A stretch of DNA of 27,431 nt from Gemmatimonadales bacterium. Its GTDB lineage: Bacteria > Gemmatimonadota > Gemmatimonadetes > Gemmatimonadales > GWC2-71-9. The notes beneath the pieces were generated by a model that ran no database searches, was not told where the DNA came from, and saw only the letters and a list, made by a program, of their open reading frames with translations. The position numbers and the translations under genes are program-made. Shown piece by piece: positions 19,256 to 25,538 of this stretch (position 1 is the stretch's first letter; every line of letters begins with the position of its first letter). The stretch is taken from NCBI GenBank assembly GCA_041577295.1, contig JBFGJG010000052.1, positions 1-27,431 of the forward strand, read 5' to 3'.

Positions 19256-20722
19256 GTGGGCTCGTACCTCCTCGCATTCATAGTCGCCGCCGCCGCCACC
19301 GCGCTCTTCATGCCGTTCATGTCCATGCTTGCGCGGATGGTTGGCGCGCTCGATGACACGCGTGATCCACCGATCCCGCGCGTCGGCGGCCCCGCCATTG
19401 CGCTCGCGTGTGTGCTTTCGCTGACGCTGGTCGCGATCGTGGTCACGCCGGCAGGCTACACGCTGTTGGGGACGTCGCGCACCATTGGTCCGGTGCTGGG
19501 CGGCGCGCTGGTGATTTTGGTGTTGGGCGTGCTGGATGACATCAAACCGCTTCCGGCTCTCCCCAAGCTCGCGATCCAGGTGGTCGTGGCGGTGGTCGTG
19601 TACTTCCTCGGTCTCCGAATCGAACTGTTGTCGCTTCCGGTTGGGAGCGTCGAGTTGGGCATGGTCGCGGGGCTCGCGCTGACGGTGCTGTGGCTGGTTG
19701 GCATCACGAACGCCTTCAACCTCCTCGATGGTGCCGATGGGGTTGCCGCCGGGTCGGCCTTCTTTTCGGCGGGGGCAATCTTCTTGACTTCAATCATTCT
19801 GGGACACCCCGCGGTCGGCCTGATCACGGCCGCGTTGGCGGGCGGCCTGCTCGGGTTTCTCCCTTTCAACTTTCCACCGGCTCGCGCCTTCCTAGGTGAT
19901 TCTGGCAGCACGGTGACGGGGTTTCTCCTCGCCGGGGTGGCCGTGGAAGCCTCGACGAAGGGGGCGACCCTCGTGGCGATAGCGGTGCCGCTCGTGGCGT
20001 TCGCCGTGCCCGTGTTCGACACCACGATAACACTGCTCCGTCGAATGGTGCGAGGGAAACCGCTGTTCCAACCGGACCGAGATCACGTGCACCATCGGCT
20101 CGCTCACGCCGGGCTCTCCCCGCGTCAGGTGGCGGGCACGATCTACCTGGCGAGCGCTGCGTTTGCCCTCGGCGCGATGTTGTTCGTGAACCCCGGAGAA
20201 CGCTCGATTGCCCTCGCCTTCGTCGTGATCGGTGCGGGGGTGTGGGTCGTTGCCCGGTATCTCCGTCTTCACGAGTTGAACGAGCTCGGCCGTCTTGCCA
20301 AGCGGGGCGCATTACAACCGAAAGCGATCGCGCTGAACGTGGGGCTGCGCCGCGCCAGCGAGCGGCTGGAACGTGCGACGAGCCTCGACGATCTGCAGGA
20401 AGCGCTCGCCATTCTGCTTAGCAAGTCGGAGTTTGACGACGTCGTGCTCATCGTTGCACCCGTGACGGACCGGCGGGGGAACGCCCGCTCGTGGCGTCTG
20501 GCCAATGGAGCGTTCGTGGAGGAATGGTGTCGTCGCGACCGTGATGAGTGGGAGGTTGTCTGCCCCTTCCAGGGGGACGGTTGGAACGGCGAGCTCCATC
20601 TTCGGCGGCGGCTCGGCAGGCGGTCGTTGCTACTCGATATCAATCTGTTGCTCGAGCTCGTGCAACCGGCGCTCACGCGGGCGGCCTCTGGCATCAAAGC
20701 GGGTTCGATCACGCGCTCGTGA
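19256..20722 (+). CDS. wecA: WecA/TagO-like polyprenyl-phosphate HexNAc-1-phosphate transferase (MraY superfamily) with C-terminal soluble extension
   Basis: PRVGG, GVLDD, NAFNLLDGADG, FLGDSGS and DRDHVHHRL; about 11 TM segments plus ~150 aa soluble tail. Confidence 0.85.
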   Translation: MGSYLLAFIVAAAATALFMPFMSMLARMVGALDDTRDPPIPRVGGPAIALACVLSLTLVAIVVTPAGYTLLGTSRTIGPVLGGALVILVLGVLDDIKPLPALPKLAIQVVVAVVVYFLGLRIELLSLPVGSVELGMVAGLALTVLWLVGITNAFNLLDGADGVAAGSAFFSAGAIFLTSIILGHPAVGLITAALAGGLLGFLPFNFPPARAFLGDSGSTVTGFLLAGVAVEASTKGATLVAIAVPLVAFAVPVFDTTITLLRRMVRGKPLFQPDRDHVHHRLAHAGLSPRQVAGTIYLASAAFALGAMLFVNPGERSIALAFVVIGAGVWVVARYLRLHELNELGRLAKRGALQPKAIALNVGLRRASERLERATSLDDLQEALAILLSKSEFDDVVLIVAPVTDRRGNARSWRLANGAFVEEWCRRDRDEWEVVCPFQGDGWNGELHLRRRLGRRSLLLDINLLLELVQPALTRAASGIKAGSITRS

Positions 20723-21855
20723 GAATACTCCACCTCAGCAAGTTCTATCCACCCGACCCCGGCGGCCTCGAACAGGTCGTGGCGTGTCTCGCCGAGGGAG
20801 CTGCGGCTGCGGGACACGAAGTACGCGTGGTGGCCGCCACTGGATCCAGCTGGCTACGCGATCCCCGCAAGCGAGTCACCGAACCCCCGAGGGCCGGGGT
20901 GGCCGTGGTGCGTTTGCCGACCTACGGCATCTGGTGGTCGCAACCGGTGGCGCGCGGATACGTGGCGGCGTCGCGGTGGCCGGCCGACGTGGTCTATGTC
21001 CACCGTCCGCATCCGCTAGCAGATCTGGCAGCGTTCGTTGGGCCAAAGCGTCCCACCATCGTGTTTCACCATTCCGATGTGCAGCGGCAGCGGCTCGTGC
21101 GGCTCGCGTATCAACCGTTGGCGCATGCGGTGGCCCGGCGTTCGGCGGCGACCGTGGTCGCGACGGCTGCCCACCTGGATCACGCGGGCGACTTGGGGAG
21201 GAGCGGTCGAAAAAAGGCGGTGACCATTCCGTTTGGCGTGGACGCAACGCGGTTCGTGCCAACGGATACGCCCCTTCGGCCGGCTGTATTTCCCACCACC
21301 GCGCTCGGCCCGGTGGGGTTGTTCGTAGGCCGACTGGTGGGCTACAAAGGGCTCGACGTGCTCTTGCGTGCGGTGCAGCGGAGTCGACTGCACGTGGTGC
21401 TGGTGGGTGGTGGGCCGTTGCGGGAACACCTCGAGCGAGAGATCCAGCGCACCGGCCTCACGGAGCAGGTGCTACTGGTTGGTGCGGTCAAGGACGAAGA
21501 GCTAGCCGGCTACTATCAGGCAGCAGACTATTTCGTACTTCCCAGCACCAGCCCTGCTGAGATGTTTGGCATCTCATTGATCGAAGCGATGGCCTGTGGG
21601 AAACCGGTGATCTCGACCGCGCTGACGACCGGTGTGCGTGAGGTGAACGAGGCGGAGCTGACGGGATTGGTGGTTCCCCCTGGTGACGAGGTGGCACTGC
21701 GCACCGCGATGGAACGGCTGGTGGGAGACGAAGCCTTGCGAAAGCGCCTGGGTGAAGCCGCGCGGCAACGTGTGGAGGAGCGATTCACGTTGTCGCGGAT
21801 GATCGAGGCGCATTTGGAGCTGTGTAGTCGAATTGCCAGGAAGAAGGCGGGATAG
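20719..21855 (+). CDS. Glycosyltransferase family 4 (WfcD-like)
   Basis: VRILHLSKFYPP..GGLE, HSD, FVGRLVGYKG and EMFGISLIEAMACG. GTG 20719 overlaps the wecA stop (GTGA). Confidence 0.92.
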   Translation: MRILHLSKFYPPDPGGLEQVVACLAEGAAAAGHEVRVVAATGSSWLRDPRKRVTEPPRAGVAVVRLPTYGIWWSQPVARGYVAASRWPADVVYVHRPHPLADLAAFVGPKRPTIVFHHSDVQRQRLVRLAYQPLAHAVARRSAATVVATAAHLDHAGDLGRSGRKKAVTIPFGVDATRFVPTDTPLRPAVFPTTALGPVGLFVGRLVGYKGLDVLLRAVQRSRLHVVLVGGGPLREHLEREIQRTGLTEQVLLVGAVKDEELAGYYQAADYFVLPSTSPAEMFGISLIEAMACGKPVISTALTTGVREVNEAELTGLVVPPGDEVALRTAMERLVGDEALRKRLGEAARQRVEERFTLSRMIEAHLELCSRIARKKAG

Positions 21856-21908
21856 GCGGCATTCCGAGATCCGATCCTGCCACTCCCGATGATCCGGCCC
21901 ATCCCGCC
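21846..21908. repeat. Imperfect inverted repeat between convergent genes, possible bidirectional terminator
   Basis: GGCGGGAT (21846-21853) pairs with ATCCCGCC (21901-21908), with degenerate ATCC(C/T)GCC-like units between them. Confidence 0.4.
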
Positions 21909-21912
21909 GTTT

Positions 21913-22770
21913 CTAGTAAAGCCCTAGCTTGACCTCCCCCTCCTGAATCCGAATCCCTGGAGCAGGGAAGTGGATCTGATCCAATAGTGTCGCGAACGTG
22001 CGCCACCAGTCGGCGTTGATGGGGATGCCGCGGAGGTTGAGGTCGAGTGTGACATACCACTGGTGTACCGGTAGCTGGACCAGCCAGTAGGGGACACTGT
22101 GGCCGAACGCGACGCCGAGCCAGTCGGGCCAGGGGCCTGCGCCACCGGGCATTAGCCCGGGGTCGATGGCGAGGAAGTAGCGCTGACCGGCGTAGTCGTT
22201 CTCGAGCTGCGGGAAGGGGAGCGGCGCCCGGAATTCCTCGGATGGCCAGTAGTTCACCTTTACCTGGAACATCCGTGTTGCTGGCCACTGGCGGTGGGCT
22301 GCTGGCAAGACGGCACCGCCGGCAGCGAACAGCATGTCGGGAGCGGAGAAGCCCTGCTCCGCGTGAAAGCCGTCGCCGATCTCCTTGGGTAGGCCAATGG
22401 CGATACCCATCGCGGCGCCCAACCAGCCTGCCAAGGGGCGGGAGAGACACGCCCAGTCCCAGGCGAGGGCGGCAATCTGCGAGGTCTGGTAGCCAATTGC
22501 CGCGTGGATGAGCCGATCCTGTCCGTTGCTCGGGCTCGTATCCCACACCACGTGGAATCCCTGGCGCGGCGGTTCCCACCAGGTACTGCCACGCACCGCG
22601 ATCGCGGCCGCGGAGAAGCCGGCGTAACCACCCAGAATGAGGGCGACCCGGCCCGTTCGCACGCCCGTGCATTGCTGGGCCGCTGCGGGCTGGCTCGGCC
22701 AGGCGGTCAAAAACGCGAGCAGTAGGCCCAGCGCAATTCGGGATGTTCCTATGTATTTTCTCACAGCCAT
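21913..22770 (-). CDS. DUF2279/YfiM-like exported protein
   Basis: Signal peptide; QDRLIH, KEIGDGF..GFSAPD, NDYAGQRYFL, LDLNL and HFPAP resemble DUF2279. Start ATG 22770; the 22911 start overlaps the divergent gene. Confidence 0.7.
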   Translation of the reverse strand: MAVRKYIGTSRIALGLLLAFLTAWPSQPAAAQQCTGVRTGRVALILGGYAGFSAAAIAVRGSTWWEPPRQGFHVVWDTSPSNGQDRLIHAAIGYQTSQIAALAWDWACLSRPLAGWLGAAMGIAIGLPKEIGDGFHAEQGFSAPDMLFAAGGAVLPAAHRQWPATRMFQVKVNYWPSEEFRAPLPFPQLENDYAGQRYFLAIDPGLMPGGAGPWPDWLGVAFGHSVPYWLVQLPVHQWYVTLDLNLRGIPINADWWRTFATLLDQIHFPAPGIRIQEGEVKLGLY

Positions 22771-22797
22771 CCACCAGAGAGTATCGGTACGGTAGGT

Positions 22798-22824
22798 GGC
22801 AACCCTGAGTCTTTCATCGCCGTT
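22798..22824 (+). promoter_or_regulatory. ECF-type promoter candidate upstream of the beta-barrel gene
   Basis: GGCAAC-N17-CGTT, 24 nt before the ATG, with SD AAAGGA in between. Confidence 0.5.
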
Positions 22825-22848
22825 ACCCTTGATCCGAAAGGACCATTC

Positions 22849-23358
22849 ATGCGAGCGACCCTTGGCGCCCTCGTGTTGATGCTCATGCTCTCGACCCCAT
22901 CTCTCGCGCAAAACCCGAGCCTGACCATCGTGCCCTACGGGGGGTACAACGTGGACGCCGAAGAGATCTTCTTTGGCGGTGGCCTCGGCATTCCCATTCC
23001 GAGCGCGCGGATCGGGAACAGCGCGCTCATCATCCAGCCATCGTTCGAGATCTATCCCTTCATCGACGGTGGCTCGCTATGGGCGATCGTTGGGCACGTG
23101 TTGATCCCCATTCCCGTTCAGGCTGCGTCGGTCGTACCGTATGCGATGGGTGGGATCTCCATTTTTCGATTGTCGGTAGATCTGCCCACCGGAGGGAGTG
23201 CGGGTGACACGGAGGCCTTCTTCGACTTTGGGGGGGGCGTGGCGTTTGGCCGATCGATCTTCCGCACGCACCCATTTGCCGAGGTCGATATACGGGTCGG
23301 TGATGGATCGACCGTGCTGTTCAAGGGCGGAGTCCGGATCGCGACCAGCACCAACTAG
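22849..23358 (+). CDS. Small (about 8-stranded) outer-membrane beta-barrel protein
   Basis: 169 aa; Sec signal ending SLA-Q, SD AAAGGA, alternating amphipathic strands (PYAMGGISI, FDFGGGVAF, LFKGGVRI). Confidence 0.75.
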   Translation: MRATLGALVLMLMLSTPSLAQNPSLTIVPYGGYNVDAEEIFFGGGLGIPIPSARIGNSALIIQPSFEIYPFIDGGSLWAIVGHVLIPIPVQAASVVPYAMGGISIFRLSVDLPTGGSAGDTEAFFDFGGGVAFGRSIFRTHPFAEVDIRVGDGSTVLFKGGVRIATSTN

Positions 23359-23373
23359 CAGACCGTACAGGAT

Positions 23374-23399
23374 TGCAACATCGAGCCGGCCGGGGCGTA
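23374..23399 (+). promoter_or_regulatory. ECF-type promoter candidate upstream of the small ORF
   Basis: TGCAAC-N16-CGTA, overlapping a hairpin. Confidence 0.4.
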
Positions 23400-23416
23400 G
23401 ACGCCTCGGCCGGCTC
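23383..23416 (+). terminator. Strong GC-rich hairpin after the beta-barrel gene (no U-tract)
   Basis: GAGCCGGCCGGGGCG-TAGA-CGCCTCGGCCGGCTC: 15-bp stem with one G-U pair, 24 nt after the stop codon. Confidence 0.55.
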
Positions 23417-23472
23417 AGGTTAGGATCAGGTGAACGTAACGCGCGGGATGTTTCGCCCAGGAGGAGAACGGG

Positions 23473-23628
23473 GTGTCCAAGGAGCGTGGTTCTGGTTCTG
23501 CAGGGCTGCTGGCCCTGTTTTCTCTGTTGCTGTTTTGCGCGTGGATGTTGCGCGATGCGCCTGAGGCGTCATCGAAGCGCGCACCTCACCGCGGTCAGCC
23601 CAGAAACGCAAACAAGGGCGCGCGGTAG
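23473..23628 (+). CDS. Small single-pass membrane protein (51 aa), not in the ORF track
   Basis: SD AGGAGGAG (23459-23466), 6 nt, GTG. Translation: MSKERGSGSAGLLALFSLLLFCAWMLRDAPEASSKRAPHRGQPRNANKGAR*. Fills the gap up to the convergent gene. Confidence 0.55.
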   Translation: MSKERGSGSAGLLALFSLLLFCAWMLRDAPEASSKRAPHRGQPRNANKGAR

Positions 23629-23634
23629 CCACCC

Positions 23635-24840
23635 TCAATCCAACTCCTCCGCTGAGATCAGCACGGTCTCGTGCTCGTAATCAGGATCCGATCGGTACCA
23701 CGTCTTGATCAGCCACTGTTGATCTTTTGACACCCACCAAATGGTACCGCTGTCATACGGACTCTCGAGACGCCAGCAATCGAACGTCCCTGCCGGCACG
23801 CTGACTTTGTCGTCGCCAACCACTCGGAGCGATGTCCGATACCACGGTTCCCCACGGGGATCCCACCCAAGTCGAAGGAGTGAACCCTCCCACCCCTGGC
23901 TGAGCGGTAATGCGACAAGTAGTTGATTGACGTGTGTACCACTGGCGATCGGCATCGTCGAATCCGGCAGGGCAACGGTGAAATCACGACGCCAATCCTT
24001 GAACGACGAGTGCACGGTGACGCTGTCCGCAGAGTAGGCCTTTCTCGTGTGGGATCGCTTGTTCGTACAGCACGTGACGTAATGCCAGTCCGTTGTGAGC
24101 GGTCTTAGAGTTTCTCGGTCGATGTACGTCGTGTCGAAATTTCTCCCAGCGCCAAACCGATGCTCCCTGACGGCGACCAAGCGCCAGGCGGGCATTTCCT
24201 TGAAGGTCGTTTCCTGTACGGTGAGCTCCTCTTCACTTCTGACGACCGTCACGATCCCGTCCGTAGTGGACCTGTCCTCGTAGCGCAGACGAACGGGCGA
24301 GAGTCGGCTGGGGTCGAGCACGGCGGCGGTCACGGGTTCGGAAGGCACCGGTTCGGTTGCCTGTTGCGCGCACGCGGTAGCAAGCAACAGCCCCGATGCG
24401 TTCAGGAGCTGGCGTAATGGTGAATTGGCCATACAGTCTGCTCCTTCCGCGGGCCCTGACGAATTGGCTGGGTGCGGCGACCAGCCGTTGATCACGAGAC
24501 GGTCGAGGATTCCCGCCAGAATTACCAGCGCCAGCACGGCCGCGAGGACGGCGACTCGGCGGGGGCGCAGCTCACGACGCGCCGGCCCGGCGAGCGCTAC
24601 GATCGTTCCGTGGCTGCTGGAACGTTCCGCGACTACCCGGCGAATGAGGTCCGTCGGCGGCTCGGGTGCAGAGAGCTGCGATGCTTCCCTGGCGAGCGAG
24701 CGCACGAACTCCACGTGATCGCGGCACGAGGAACACGCGAGCAAGTGGCTCTGGACGCGCTCGCCTTCACCATCCGGCGATTCGCCGTTCGCGTATCGCT
24801 CGAGCGTCACGGGGTCGGGGTGACGTCGCAGCCAGCTCAC
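23635..24840 (-). CDS. zf-HC2 anti-sigma factor with TM helix and extracytoplasmic DUF3108-like domain
   Basis: HP...HLLACSSC (HxxxCxxC), a TM helix (VAVLAAVLALVILAGIL) and C-terminal VSVPAGTFDCW. Start overlaps the sigma gene stop (GTGA). Confidence 0.8.
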   Translation of the reverse strand: MSWLRRHPDPVTLERYANGESPDGEGERVQSHLLACSSCRDHVEFVRSLAREASQLSAPEPPTDLIRRVVAERSSSHGTIVALAGPARRELRPRRVAVLAAVLALVILAGILDRLVINGWSPHPANSSGPAEGADCMANSPLRQLLNASGLLLATACAQQATEPVPSEPVTAAVLDPSRLSPVRLRYEDRSTTDGIVTVVRSEEELTVQETTFKEMPAWRLVAVREHRFGAGRNFDTTYIDRETLRPLTTDWHYVTCCTNKRSHTRKAYSADSVTVHSSFKDWRRDFTVALPDSTMPIASGTHVNQLLVALPLSQGWEGSLLRLGWDPRGEPWYRTSLRVVGDDKVSVPAGTFDCWRLESPYDSGTIWWVSKDQQWLIKTWYRSDPDYEHETVLISAEELD

Positions 24841-25388
24841 AGCTCGCTCCGTATGAGCTTTTGCAAACGCTTCACCGCCCGGTGAAACCGCACCTGCGAC
24901 GTGCCCACACGAATCCCCAGCAACTCACCAATCTCCTGGTGCGTGTATCCCTCGATCTGCTTCAAGACGAACACGACACGGAGTGAATCCGGTAGCGTGC
25001 GCAGCGCTCGCGCCAAAACGATCCGCCGCGCGATGGCGGTTTCATCACTCGAGACGCTAGGCTCATCGTGTGGCGCAAAGGCGACCTCGCGCTTACGGTC
25101 ACGGCTCCTGAGATGGGTGAGAGCCATTCGCGTCGTCACGCGTTTGAGCCATGCCTCGAGATTCCCACGTTCCTCGTACCGTTCTAGTGCCTCGGGCAAG
25201 CCCAGGAAGACATCGTGCAAGACGTCCTCGGCGTCCGCGGCCGAACCAACGGTGTGATACGCCAGCCGCATGAGGGTCCCTGCGAACCGCTCGTACAATG
25301 CTGCGAGCGCATCGGGGTCGCCCTCCCGCGTGCGCGCTGCCAGCTCGGCATCGGTGGAGTGAGCCCAGGCATCGGATAAACCGGCCAT
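24837..25388 (-). CDS. ECF (sigma-70 group 4) RNA polymerase sigma factor
   Basis: Region 2 DAEDVLHDVF and WLKRVTTR; region 4 LPDSLRVVFVLKQIEGYTHQEIGELLGIRVGTS. Start ATG 25388 (GAGG upstream) or 25427. Confidence 0.92.
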   Translation of the reverse strand: MAGLSDAWAHSTDAELAARTREGDPDALAALYERFAGTLMRLAYHTVGSAADAEDVLHDVFLGLPEALERYEERGNLEAWLKRVTTRMALTHLRSRDRKREVAFAPHDEPSVSSDETAIARRIVLARALRTLPDSLRVVFVLKQIEGYTHQEIGELLGIRVGTSQVRFHRAVKRLQKLIRSEL

Positions 25389-25414
25389 CACACCTCGCGA
25401 CGTCTCAATCAAGG

Positions 25415-25441
25415 AACGTCGGGACATGCGAAAAGCTTACA
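25415..25441 (-). promoter_or_regulatory. ECF-type (possibly autoregulatory) promoter candidate of the sigma gene
   Basis: Minus strand TGTAAG (25441-25436), N17, CGTT (25418-25415), 26 nt before ATG 25388. Confidence 0.5.
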
Positions 25442-25447
25442 TCTCGA

Positions 25448-25522
25448 GGGGCAGGAGAGGCAGAAGAGGCAGGAGAGGCAGGGGATGATTCGGACCCCTG
25501 CCTCCGCTGCCTCTCGTGCCTC
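25448..25522. repeat. Nonamer array plus inverted nonamer array (hairpin)
   Basis: GGGGCAGGA GAGGCAGAA GAGGCAGGA GAGGCAGGG, 12 nt, CCCTGCCTC CGCTGCCTC TCGTGCCTC. Confidence 0.85.
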
Positions 25523-25538
25523 CTATTGTGCCCTGGCT

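Noticed and set aside
20505..22774. 351-aa and 329-aa alternate-frame ORFs
   Set aside because: Low-complexity Arg/Gly-rich translations overlapping better-supported genes; no sign of a frameshift.
23198..23680. 160-aa (+) and 70-aa (-) ORFs across the OMP/anti-sigma gap
   Set aside because: Both overlap real genes. The 70-aa ORF starts right at the anti-sigma stop but has no protein-like features; the 51-aa ORF has far better initiation signals.
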